Assembly (NCBI RefSeq): GCF_006345805.1 | Contig: NW_021831845.1 | Coordinates: 1-63,458 of the forward strand | Origin: Octopus sinensis | Taxonomy: Eukaryota | Reading direction: 5' to 3' | Length of the DNA stretch: 63,458 nucleotides | In this document: positions 39,056 to 51,331 of the stretch, in pieces | How positions within the stretch are numbered: position 1 is the stretch's first letter | Layout of the letters: every line of letters starts with the position of its first letter | Made by a program: the position numbers and the translations under genes | Notes under the pieces: generated by a model | What the model was told of the DNA's origin: nothing | Databases searched by the model: none | What the model saw: the letters and a program-made list of their open reading frames with translations, nothing else

Positions 39056-39730
39056 AAACATATATAAGGAATAGAATTTTAATTAATAAACTGCATAATC
39101 TTTCTGCTACTTACTCTCCAACTCAGGTCAGTGAAGTTAAGTATCGGCATTGAAGACGATAAAATCTTGTAAGAAAAGGATTTCTCCATATCACGTGACT
39201 GTGCCTCGAGACAGAAGACAAATAATGACTGAGCCTCAGATGAGAATTAATTATACATCTCTCATCCCACCTTTAGGGCAAGATAAGAACGTAGAACTAC
39301 ATATGAAGTCAGAGACTTTAGTAATTAATACGGAAAGTCCAAGGTGCAAGCAGCTTCGTGTACTTGCAATTTCAATTCCCGTTCGCCATGATGGATCTTC
39401 ATGGAAGTGCAGAATATCGTATAATGTAATCAGGTGTGATGTTAATACGTTTCCGTTGGAACTTGTCTGAAGATCCTAACAGTTCAGAAGTAGGTATACG
39501 CTGTCATTCATTTATATTATTGTCATCATTACAGCTATGCTTCCATTCTTTCGGAGTCGTTAAGATAAGTACTTGTCAAGCACTGACGGCGATGTAATCG
39601 ACTTAGCCACACCTCCGAAATTGCTGGCCTTGTGCCAAAATCTGGAATCCTTCAATTTTATGGCTGCTGTCCAGAGTTAGAAAATCATTTGCCTTTTCAT
39701 CATTATCATAATTATCATTGCCTTAGATAA

Positions 39731-39961
39731 GGCGGTGAGCTGGTAGAAACGTTAGCACGTTGGGCGAAATGCTTAGCGGTATTTCGTCTGCCGCTACGTT
39801 CTGAGTTCAAATTCCGCCAAGGTCCACTTTGCCTTTCATCTTTTCGAGGTCGATTAAATAAGTACCAGTTACGCACTGGGGTCGATATAATCGACTTAAT
39901 CTGTTTGTCTGTCATTGTTTGTCCCTTCTGTGCGTAGCCCCTTGTGGGCAGTAAAGAAATA
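39731..39961 (+). mobile_element. SINE family B, full length
   Basis: GGCGGTGAGCTGGTAGAAAC…GAGTTCAAATTCCGCC…GGTCGATTAAATAAGTACCAG…GTAAAGAAATA. Confidence 0.93.
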
Positions 39962-40017
39962 TGAAACAAGAGTCAAAGACACTTTAACCAAGAAGAAAGC
40001 ACACACGCACGTATATA

Positions 40018-40247
40018 TATTTCTTTACTACCCACAAGGGGCTAAACACAGAGGGGAGAAACGAGGACAGACAAACGGATTCAGTCGATTACATCGACCC
40101 CAATGCGTAACTGGTACTTAATTTATCGACCCCGAAAGGATGAAAGGCAAAGTCGACCTCGGCGGAATTTGAACCCAGAACGTAACGGCAGACGAAATGC
40201 GGCTACGCATTTCGCCCGGAGTGCTAACGTTTCTGCCAGCTCGCCGC
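40018..40247 (-). mobile_element. SINE family B, full length (inverted relative to 39731)
   Basis: Reverse complement of the preceding copy over ~230 bp. Confidence 0.93.
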
Positions 40248-40774
40248 ATATATACGTGCCAGCTCGCACGCACGTATATATACAAACATACATACACACA
40301 CACAGACACAGGCACACACATACACACACATACACATACACACACATATATATATACGAAATACGAATGTGAGGTAATTGAATCCGAAAACAGACAATGT
40401 TTATTGCGGTCATACATCAGACACACAATTCCTGTTATTATTGGACTTCAATACATCCCAAAACCAAACGGGTTTCATAACCACCAGGAAGGCCAAATGT
40501 GGAAGGCCAACAGTTTTCAGCTGTTATCGCTCGTATTTTAATTGTTGGAACATTTCCCTATAACTTGTCTGTTGTTTATAACGGTAAAACGTTGGAAAAG
40601 TTGAGGCGAGAACTGGTAATCGATCTGACTTTTCTGTCGAACTAAACAATCAAACACAAATGAAAATGATATTACAATGATTAATCCATTCCTGTGTTCC
40701 AGTCTTTAAGACGCTCTACATTCCAACAAAGCAATCAACTTGGACTCAAACTCTCAATTGCTGTTGGTGGTGGT

Positions 40775-40982
40775 GCTCTTGTTGTTGTTGTTGTTGTTCT
40801 TGTTCTTGTTCTTGTTCTTCTTGTTCTCCTTCTTATTTCTTCCTCTTCTTCTCTTCTTCTCTTCTTCTTCTTCTTTTCTTCCTCTTCCTCTTCTTCTTCT
40901 TCTTCCTCTTCTTCTTCTCTTCTTCTTCTTCTTCTTCTTCTTCTTCTACTTCTTCTTCTTCTTCTCCTCTTCTTCTTCTTCT

Positions 40983-41018
<36 letters not shown>

Positions 41019-41123
41019 TTCTTCTTCCTCTCTTCTTCTTCTTCTCTTCTTCTTCTTCTCTTCTTCTTCTTCTTCTTCTTTTTCTTCTCTTCTTCTTCTA
41101 CTTCTCTTCTCTTCTTCTACTTC

Positions 41124-41155
<32 letters not shown>

Positions 41156-41180
41156 CTTCGTCTTCTCCTTCTTCTTAAAT
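40775..41180. repeat. ~400-bp (CTT)n polypyrimidine tract
   Basis: Seen directly. Confidence 0.97.
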
Positions 41181-41418
41181 AACTTATCATTTCCCAAGTT
41201 CCTCATCCCCATTTATTCTTCGTAACTCCTTCTGTCTTCTTACGTTCAGTCTTCTATATTTCCTATACATTTCCCTGCTTCTAATATTTACTCCGCCCTA
41301 AGGTAATATGCGTATATAATTACACACACACACGCACAAACACACGCACACAGGTATGTATATATCACTAGCGATTTTTCCCCCTGTCTTCCCTTCTCGG
41401 GATCTTTCCTTCTCCTAT

Positions 41419-41453
41419 GTTTCCGACGAAGAGCTCCGCTCGAAACGTCAAAC
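41419..41453 (+). ncRNA. Minimal type-I hammerhead ribozyme motif (one core substitution)
   Basis: GTTT-CCGACGA-A-GAGC(TCC)GCTC-GAAA-CG-TC-AAAC. Stems I and II pair perfectly; ACGT palindromic stem III; GUC cleavage triplet; only U4 is C. Confidence 0.7.
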
Positions 41454-41605
41454 CCTCCTTCTTCCCTTCTTTCCTGAGCGTCCATTAATACTTTATTTGT
41501 TCCACGTCCTTGCGTAGTTGTTTTTTTGTTTTTGTTTTCTTGTTTGGATTAACTTTATGTATGTATGTATGTATGTATGTATGTATGTATGTATGTATGT
41601 ATGTT

Positions 41606-41692
41606 AGTTGCCTGCTTACCAACCACATAGTTCCAGGTTCAGTCCCACTGCGTGGCACCTTGGGTAAGTGTCTTCTACTATAGCCTCGGGCT
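41606..41692 (+). mobile_element. SINE family A head fragment
   Basis: …GGTTCAGTCCCACTGCGTGGCACCTTGGGTAAGTGTCTTCTACTATAGCCTCGGG. Confidence 0.88.
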
Positions 41693-41818
41693 AATTTACC
41701 AACCCCGAAAGGATGAAAGGGAAAGTCGACCTCGGCGGAATTTGAACTTAGAACGTAACGGCAGACGAAATACGGCTACGCATTTCGCCCGGCGTGCTAA
41801 CGTTTCTGCCAGCTCGCC
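41693..41818 (-). mobile_element. SINE family B 5' half, fused to the preceding A fragment
   Basis: Reverse complement of family B nt ~1-125. Confidence 0.9.
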
Positions 41819-42604
41819 ACTTGTGTATGTAAACAGTACACATACAGACATACACTCACACGTACATACACACATGTATATATGTGTGTGCGTATGTATA
41901 TATGTATGTATTTACGCAGGCATAACATACATATATACAAGGTTAATTATACCTATGTTTTTACCTCATAAGTTAGAAAATTATTAGAGATGCACTTCAA
42001 TAGATACCCCGATAATGATTTATACACTGCTATCGGTAACCTGGTACTGATATACACGGGTGGGTCTTTCAGCGAAAACTTTCATCACCCTTTTCTGTAC
42101 AGACACAAGATAATGCCTTGTTGACCTCCAGAACACCAAACGGAGTAGTTAGCGCAGTGCGTGATCGAGTTGAGCAAATTTGAGGAAGCTTAACCTCATG
42201 AACTTTACAATTACCCAATAAATCGAGCTTTGTGATTTTGAGGAGTATTTGACTGCTGTTCATAGCAAGTCAACGCTCCTTGGTGTTGTTCGTTTAATCT
42301 GTAGAAGATTCTAAAGTCGAATCTACTTAATATTGACTTAGTTTTAAATAAATACTTCAAACGTAACTGAATCTTTATTGAACCGTATTAATACTCGGAA
42401 AACAAAGATATCATGAAGAAGAGTTGTTCACTGTTCGGGAGGTGAGGGTGTTGTTGGGGCTGGGGTTTATTTTGGCTGGCTTTATTTACTAAACAAACAA
42501 AATCAACACGAACCGGCCGGAAACGTCTGTGCTTGATCGACTTCTTTGAAATAGCAATGAATTACGTTCGAGTCACTTCCCCACCGACTTGAAAAAAAAA
42601 ATGA

Positions 42605-45600
42605 AAAGACGAGGACAATGTTGTCGTCCTAAATATGAAGAACAAAAAAATTGAAGTGGACCCAACTGGAGATTTTGACCCTAGGTCTATGAAGAGCAAA
42701 AAATTTGAAGTGGGCCCAACTGGAGATTTTGACCCTAGGTCTACTGTTAAAAGTTAGAGCTGGGGCTAAATAAAAAGCAATAATAACAGAATATTTTATA
42801 GTTGCGACCTTTGCCGATCAATGAGGTGGTTGTTAAGATATTTCTATACAAAAATAAAAGAGGAGGACAATGTTGTCGTCCTAAATATGAAGAACAAAAA
42901 ATTTGAAGTGTGCCCAACTGGAGATTTTGACCCTAGGTCTATTGTTAAAAGTTAGAGCTGGGGCTAATTAAAAAGCAATGATAACAGAATATTTTATAGT
43001 TGCGACCTTTGCCGATCAATGAGGTGGTTGTTAAGATATTTCTATATAAAAATAAAAGAGGAGGACAATGTTGTCGTCCTAAATATGAATAACAAAAAAT
43101 TTGAAGTGGGCCCAACTGGAGATTTTGACCCTAGGTCTATTATTAAAAGTTAGAGCTGGAGCTAAATAAAAAGCAATAATAACAGAATATTTTATAGTTG
43201 CGACCTTTGCCGATCAATGAGGTGGTTGTTAAGATATTTCTATACAAAAATAAAAGAGGAGGACAATGTTGTCGTCCTAAATATGAAGAACAAAAAATTT
43301 GAAGTGGGCCCAACTGGAGATTTTGACCCTAGGTCTACTGTTAAAAGTTAGAGCTGGGGCTAAATAAAAAGCAATAATAACAGAATATTTTATAGTTGCG
43401 ACCTTTGCCGATCAATGAGGTGGTTGGTAAGATATTTCTATACAAAAATAAAAGAGGAGGACAATGTTGTCGTCCTAAATATGAAGAACAAAAAATTTGA
43501 AGTGGGCCCAACTGGAGATTTTGACCCTAGGTCTATTGTTAAAAGTTAGAGCTGGAGCTAAATAAAAAGCAATGATAACAGAATATTTTATAGTTGCGAC
43601 CTTTGCCGATCAATGAGGTGGTTGTTAAGATATTTCTATACAAAAATAAAAGAGGAGGACAATGTTGTCGTCCTAAATATGAAGAACAAAAAATTTGAAG
43701 TGGGCCCAACTGAAGATTTTGACCCTAGGTCTACTGTTAAAAGTTAAAGAGCTGGAGCTAATTAAAAAGCAATAATAACAGAATATTTTATTGTTGCGAC
43801 CTTTGCCGATCAATGAGGTGGTTGTTAAGATATTTCTATACAAAATAAAAGAGGAGGACAATGTTGTCGTCCTAAATATGAAGAACAAAAAATTTGAAGT
43901 GGGCCCAACTGGAGATTTTGACCCTAGGTCTACTGTTAAAAGTTAGAGCTGGAGCTAAATAAAAAGCAATAATAACAGAATATTTTATAGTTGCGACCTT
44001 TGCCGATCAATGAGGTGGTTGGTAAGATATTTCTATACAAAAATAAAAGAGGAGGACAATGTTGTCGTCCTAAATATGAAGAACAAAAAATTTGAAGTGG
44101 GCCCAACTGGAGATTTTGACCCTAGGTCTACTGTTAAAAGTTAGAGCTGGAGCTAATAAAAAGCAATAATAACAGAATATTTTATAGTTGCGACCTTTGC
44201 CGATCAATGAGGTGGTTGTTAAGATATTTCTATACAAAAATAAAAGAGGAGGACAATGTTGTCGTCCTAAATATGAAGAACAAAAAAATTGAAGTGGGCC
44301 CAACTGGAGATTTTGACCCCTAGTCTACTGTTAAAAGTTAGAGCTGGAGCTAAATAAAAAAGCAAATATAACAGAATATTTTTAGTGTTGCGACCTTTGC
44401 CGATCAATGAGGTGGTTGTTAAGATATTTCTATACAAAAATAAAAGAGGAGGACAATGTTGTCGTCCTAAATATGAAGAACAAAAAATTTGAAGTGGGCC
44501 CAACTGGAGATTTTGACCCTAGGTCTACTGTTAAAAGTTAGAGCTGGAGCTAAATAAAAAGCAATAATAACAGAATATTTTATAGTTGCGACCTTTGCCG
44601 ATCATGAGGTGGTTGTTAAGATATTTCTATACAAAAATAAAAGAGAGGACAATGTTGTCGTCCTAAATATGAAGAACAAAAAATTTGAAGTGGGCCCAAC
44701 TGGAGATTTTGACCCTAGGTCTACTGTTAAAAGTTAGAGCTGGAGCTAAATAAAAAGCAATAATAACAGAATATTTATAGTTGCGCGACTTTGCCGATCA
44801 ATGAGGTGGTTGTTAAGATATTTCTATACAAAAATAAAAGAGGAGGACAATGTTGTCGTCCTAAATATGAAGAACAAAAAATTTGAAGCAGGCCCAACTG
44901 GAGATTTTGACCCTAGGTCTACTGTTAAAAGTTAAAGAGCTGGAGCTAAATAAAAAGCAATGATAACAGAATATTTTATTGTTGCGACCTTTGCCGATCA
45001 ATGAGGTGGTTGTTAAGATATTTCTATACAAAAATAAAAGAGGAGGACAATGTTGTCGTCCTAAATATGAAGAACAAAAAATTTGAAGTGGGCCCAACTG
45101 AAGATTTTGACCCTAGGTCTACTGTTAAAAGTTAAAGAGCTGGAGCTAAATAAAAAGCAATAATAACAGAATATTTTATAGTTGCGCCCTTTGCCGATCA
45201 ATGAGGTGGTTGTTAAGATATTTCTATACAAAAATAAAAGAGGAGGACAATGTTGTTGTCCTAAATATGAAGACCAAAAAATTTGAAGTGGGCCCAACTG
45301 GAGATTTTGACCCTAGGTCTACTGTTAAAAGTTAAAGAGCTGGAGCTAAATAAAAAGCAATAATAACAGAATATTTTATTGTTGCGACCTTTGCCGATCA
45401 ATGAGGTGGTTGTTAAGATATTTCTATACAAAAATAAAAGAGGAGGACAATGTTGTCGTCCTAAATATGAAGAACAAAAAATTTGAAGTGGGCCCAACTG
45501 AAGATTTTGACCCTAGGTCTACTGTTAAAAGTTAAAGAGCTGGAGCTAAATAAAAAGCAATAATAACAGAATATTTTATAGTTGCGCCCTTTGCCGATCA

Positions 45601-47226
45601 ATGAGGTGGTTGTTAAGAGATATTCTATACAAAAATAAAAGAGGAGGACAATGTTGTTCGTCCTAAATATGAAGAACAAAAAATTTGAAGCAGGCCCAAC
45701 TGGAGATTTTGACCCTAGGTCTACTGTTAAAAGTTAAAGAGCTGGAGCTAAATAAAAAGCATGATAACAGAATATTTTATTGTTGCGACCTTTGCCGATC
45801 AATGAGGTGGTTTTAAGATATTTCTATACAAAAATAAAAGAGGAGGACAATGTTGTCGTCCTAAATATGAAGAACAAAAAATTTGAAGTGGGCCCAACTG
45901 GAGATTTTGACCCTAGGTCTACTGTTAAAAGTTAGAGCTGGAGCTAAATAAAAACAATAATACAGAATATTTATAGTTGCGACCTTTGCCGATCAATGAG
46001 GTGGTTGTTAAGATATTTCTATACAAAAATAAAAGAGGAGGACAATGTTGTCGTCCTAAATATGAAGAACAAAAAATTTGAAGTGGGCCCAACTGGAGAT
46101 TTTGACCCTAGGTCTACTGTTAAAAGTTAGAGCTGGAGCTAAATAAAAAGCAATAATAACAGAATTTATTTTAGTTGCGACCTTTGCCGATCAATGAGTG
46201 GTTGTTAATATTTCTATACAAAATAAAAGAGGAGGACAATGTTGTCGTCCTAAATATGAAGAGCAAAAAATTTGAAGTGGGCCCAACTGGAGATTTTGAC
46301 CCTAGGTCTACTGTTAAAAGTTAGAGCTGGAGCTAAATAAAAAGCAATGATAACAGAATATTTTATAGTTGCGACCTTTGCCGATCAATGAGGTGGTTGT
46401 TAAGATATTTCTATACAAAAATAAAAGAGGACAATGTTGTCGTCCTAAATATGAAGAACAAACATTTTGAAGTGGTCCCAACTGGGGAGATTTTGACCCT
46501 AGGTCTACTGTTAAAAGTTAAAGAGCTGGAGCTAAATAAAAAGCAATGATAACAGAATATTTTATAGTTGCGACCTTTGCCGATCAATGAGGTGGTTGTT
46601 AAGATATTTCTATACAAAAATAAAAGAGGAGGACAATGTTGTCGTCCTAAATATGAAGAACAAAAAATTTGAAGTGGGCCCAACTGGAGATTTTGACCCT
46701 AGGTCTACTGTTAAAAGTTAGAGCTGGAGCTAAATAAAAAGCAATAATAACAGAATATTTTATAGTTGCGACCTTTGCCGATCAATGAGGTGGTTGTTAA
46801 GATATTTCTATACAAAAATAAAAGAGGAGGACAATGTTGTCGTCCTAAATATGAAGAACAAAAAATTTGAAGTGGGCCCAACTGGAGATTTTGACCCTAG
46901 TTCTACTGTTAAAAGTTAGAGCTGGAGCTAAATAAAAAGCAATAATAACAGAATATTTTATTGTTGCGACCTTTGCCGATCAATGAGGTGGTTGTTAAGA
47001 TATTTCTATACAAAAATAAAAGAGGAGGACAATGTTGTCGTCCTAAATATGAAGAACAAAAAATTTGAAGTGGGCCCAACTGGAGATTTTGACCCTAGGT
47101 CTACTGTTAAAAGTTAGAGCTGGAGCTAAATAAAAAGCAATGATAACAGAATATTTTATAGTTGCGACCTTTGCCGATCAATGAGATGGTTGTTAAGATA
47201 TTTCTATACAAAAATAAAAGAGGAGG
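42605..47226. repeat. Tandem array (satellite-like): 23 units of ~198-200 bp
   Basis: Unit starts GAGGACAATGTTGTCGTCC at 42611, 42863, 43061, 43259 … 46827, 47025. Consensus counted at 198 bp; units are highly similar. No spacers, so not CRISPR-like. Confidence 0.98.
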
Positions 47227-48812
47227 GGCAGGCGTGGCATGTCTTTTATCTTTATTTAGAAGAGAGAATAAACAAAGAAAAAGCCACATCAATAGTTTCT
47301 AAACTCTTTCTCCCAGGATTCCTTAGAATCCAAAGCAATAAGGTCACTTTATTGTTAAATAATATGCCATGATTTGGGAGAGAATTATTTCCTAATTCTA
47401 GCGGTGTTGTTAAGTTAGACATAATCTGAGTCGATTATAGCCAAAACTTAGTTCTTTTTGTGAGGTTGAGTAATTGTATAGAGATTCCCTTGTTGGATGG
47501 TAGGCCTTTTCTTTTGTTGCCGTTTCTATCATTTAGTCCCGAATCAGCCCCGATAAAGCAACTCGAATCAAGGATATTCAACCCGTCTCAGTTCTTTGAA
47601 AACCATTTTAACATATTTTAAATACAGTAATAGTTCCTATTTTCCTGATATAGCAGTGTTTTCAATTTTGAATTTCTTACCACTGAAATTTATTTCAACT
47701 GAATCCAGAAATGTTGCTTATTTTTTCTCGTAAGTGTACCGAGAACCATACTATCTAAAGTGTCTTTCATTTTAGGCGGTTGTGTGCGATGTGTGGGAGA
47801 TTTGCTTACCATTTTTAGCAGGCTAAAAGCCTTTCGCTTCTGTTTCTTTTTTCTTTTTTCTTTCTTTTTTTAAGATCCCTTTTCATCGAAAACCTACCCC
47901 CACCTTTTTTTTCTCTCCCCAAAAAGAAAAGCTCTCCTTTGTAATTTGTCCCCTCTGTGTTCAGCCCTGTGTGGATTATAAAAAAACATATTAGTGATAA
48001 ATTGTTCTTTAATAGCAAGTGAGCACTAATTGAGGAGACCTGTAAGCAAAGACATTCCATCTGTGACCGTTCCATCTCTGTATATGTAGGACTAAAATCT
48101 TTAATGCGTCAAAATCACGATATTTTAAAGACATCTGTGGTGACTGAGGCTGATAAAACTACTATTGCCAAAGATCGAGACATTTTCAATCGTTTCTTAT
48201 AATTGGTATTTTGGTTTGTAAAATAGAATTATAAACGTCTTCAGTCTAGACGCACATTCTCACAAGACACTCTAACGCTCCATCAGTTTCGATACAAACC
48301 CGTTGATGGTTTTACAAAATTGTTGATAGGTTTACCAGACCAAATTGGCATATTTGAACCAAAATGCTTCGGAAGCACTGATCTAGAACGAACTGATATT
48401 GAACTGTAGTATTGACCTGATAAAATCGTAAAGACGACGAGTTCAAAGTAAATGGAAGGGGTGTTGCTGGTAGGATGAAGTCAATTCAGTTTGGTTGGCT
48501 TTACAATCGATAAGAACGAATGGGGGAAGAAACCTCGACATAGTTTCTTGAGGTACGAGAAAAAACAGATAAATTTTTTCAAACCACATGGCATTGGTTT
48601 TATAATTGAGGGTGTCCGTCACATTTGGATAATGTCGTCTGAGATATTTAAAAAGTCAAATGGTCACGACTGGGGCGCTTTTTAGGGTAAGTCTGCTTAC
48701 TCAGCTCTAGTAATAGCTATAATAGAAAATCGAAAATATATATTTGATACGTATAAACATCTTGGCAGATCAATGACTGAATGCGAAAACATTTCATAAA
48801 GAAAGAGATAGA

Positions 48813-48849
<37 letters not shown>

Positions 48850-48894
48850 TACACACACACACACATATGTATGTTTGTATGTATTTGTGAGTCA

Positions 48895-49096
48895 GCGTTT
48901 GTCCCCCCACCACCACTACCACCATCGTTTGGCGAACGATGTTGGTGCGTTTACGTCTCCGTAACTTAGCAGTTCGGCAAAAGTGACCGTTAGAATAAGT
49001 ACTAGGCTTACAACGAATAAGTCCTGGGGGCGATTTGTCCGACTAAAGGCGGTGCTCCAGCATGGCTGTACTCAAAATACTGAAACAAGTAAAAGA
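48895..49096 (+). mobile_element. SINE family A 3' module
   Basis: TTTGTCCCCCC…TAACTTAGCAGTTCGGCAAAAG…GGCGGTGCTCCAGCATGGC…CTGAAACAAGTAAAAGA. Confidence 0.88.
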
Positions 49097-49208
49097 ATTA
49101 TATGCATGCATGCATGCATGTATGTATATATGTATTATATATATATATATCATATATATACATATATATATATGTATATATGTATGTATGTATGTATTAT
49201 ATATATAT

Positions 49209-49251
<43 letters not shown>

Positions 49252-49261
49252 ATATATTATT

Positions 49262-49306
<45 letters not shown>

Positions 49307-49630
49307 GCTGCCTACATATGTGTTTGTACAAGACCTGAACAAAGAATGAAACAGCGTTAGAAGAAGAAAAGAAATGAGAAAGAACGAAAAGACCGAATCG
49401 ATAAATATTTTCTACATACCACCTCCCCCCATCCCCACACCTCCACTTTCTTTGCTTTCTTGATTTTACTTTCAGATTATCATTTTACGGACATAATTTA
49501 TAAACAAACGAAGAAACCATTAAAATACAGAAAAAACCGAGGCTGGTGTGTGTCTGGCTGTGTTCTTGTGTTGTTTCTATTGTTATTGTTGTTGTTCTTG
49601 ATAATATTGTTGCTCTCATTGTTGATTTGT

Positions 49631-49858
49631 TACTCTTTTACTCTTTTACTTGTTTCAGTCATCTGACTGCGGCCATGCTGGAGCACGGCCTTTTAATCGA
49701 GCAACTCGACACCGGGGCTTATTCTCTTGTAAGCCCAGTACTTATTCTATCGGTCTCTTTTGCCGAACCGCTAAGTAACGGAGACATAAACACACCAGCA
49801 TCGGTTGTCAAGCAATGCTAGGGGGACAAACACAGACACACAAACACACACACGCATA

Positions 49859-49901
<43 letters not shown>

Positions 49902-50049
49902 TACGACGGGCTTCTTTCAGTTTCCGTCTACCAAATCCACTCACAAGGCTTTGGTCGGCCCGGGGCTATAGCAGAAGACACTTGCCCAAGGTGCCACGCA
50001 GTGGGACTGAACCCGGGACCATGTGGTTGATAAACAAGCTACTTACCAC
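49631..50049 (-). mobile_element. SINE family A, near full length (5' tip missing)
   Basis: Both modules plus internal (TA)(TG) tract; tail (GTAAAAGA)n. Confidence 0.92.
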
Positions 50050-50076
50050 GTTGATTTTTTTTTCTGTTTTGATATC

Positions 50077-50285
50077 GGCTGAATCGTTAGCAGGCCGGAC
50101 AAAATGCTTAGCGGCATTTCGTCCGTATTTACGTTCTGAGTTTTAAAAAATTCAACCGAGACCGACTTTGCTTTTCATCTTTTCAGGATCGACGAAATAA
50201 GTACCAGTTACGCACTGGGGTCGTTTTAACCGACTTATTCCCTTCCCCCAAAATTTCAGGCCCCGTGTCTATAAGAGAAACAATT
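50077..50285 (+). mobile_element. SINE family B, diverged
   Basis: Head remnant plus GGATCGACGAAATAAGTACCAGTTACGCACTGGGGTCG. Confidence 0.8.
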
Positions 50286-51048
50286 ATTGTTATTACGGTG
50301 GTGTTGGTGAGGTTGTTCTTGTCGTTGGTGGTAGCAGTCCTGAAAGAAATTCTGCATTAAACAGTCCAATGGTCAAAGGAATTTCCCCTATATTCAACCA
50401 AGTCTTTTTGTACTTTTTTTCTGAATCATCCTTATATTTCATAAGGTATAACGTGTGATCTGATCGCAAGTCGGTTAGTATTTCTAGCAGGTCGGGTGAC
50501 CACACACTGGAGACTCTATTTGGTACATGAAACTTTTGAGTACGAGGTATAAAATAATGTCAACTTCGTTAATTACATGGGTTAGTTGTTAGATTATTGG
50601 TATTACAGTCGTTAGGTTTGTTGGTTGGAGTCCAAGACTGTGCGGCACATTAATTCCTTGAGCAAGACACTTCATTTCATGTTACTTCTGTAAAATTAGC
50701 AGTAATGAGAACTAACACTTGATACTCAGCTGCTTTCTCTTCTGGAAGAGAAAGCCTCATGCTCTCTACAACCTAAACGCCTCGGACTCCGGAAAAAGCT
50801 CTGTTTATTTTTCGAGACCTTTACTTCGAGTTTCGTGGCAGACTTTACACCTCAGACTGAAATAAACTCCGGCTTTTTGAGGTCGCAAGTTAGAACCACG
50901 TGACTAACTTGGACGGTGTACTTTTTCAAAAGATTACTTTAATATTTGTACGTTTCCATATATTTGGGGCTAGTTCTGCAAACGTGTGTATCAGAGTAAA
51001 GTTAAACGACCTTTAAAACACACAGAACTTCTGGATATACTAAGTAAT

Positions 51049-51300
51049 TACTCTTTTACTCTTTTACTTGTTTCAGTCATTTGACTGCGGCCATGCTGGA
51101 GCACCGCCTTTTACTCGAGCAAATCGACCCCAGGTCTTATTCTTTGTAAGCCTAGTACTTATTCTATCGGTCTCTTTTGCCGAACCGCTAAGTTACGGGG
51201 ACGTAAACATACCAGCATCAGTTGTCAAGCGATGTTGGGGAGACAAAAACACACACACACACAAACATACACACACACACACAACACACACACATATATA

Positions 51301-51331
<31 letters not shown>

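Noticed and set aside
45900-46500. Cluster of 1-3 bp indels in array units 17-20
   Set aside because: Mostly homopolymer-length changes typical of residual long-read error; not treated as biology.
42605-47226. Array as CRISPR, retrozyme or HDV-like ribozyme array
   Set aside because: No variable spacers. CTGAAGA occurs in only three units and has no downstream GAAA. The AGGTC/GACCT and CAACT/AGTTG pseudoknot-like pairings are spaced ~60 nt apart, too far for the HDV P3/L3 geometry.
43673-47292. Repeated 71-90 aa ORFs (MGPLQIFCSS…) suggesting a tandem peptide gene family
   Set aside because: They are incidental frames of the 198-bp unit. Indels between units shift them freely and the ATG is not in a conserved genic context.
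47230-48700. Possible decayed PLE GIY-YIG and mariner fragments right of the array
   Set aside because: Only vague motif echoes across stops; could not be supported by eye. Needs tBLASTx/HMM.
50821-50860. Minus-strand hammerhead-like remnant (CTGA-GGTG…CCAC-GAAA-CTCGAAGTA)
   Set aside because: Core lacks the NGA and stem I does not pair; too degraded to call. Similar partial motifs near 21680-21710, 54050-54100 and 61259 were also not called.
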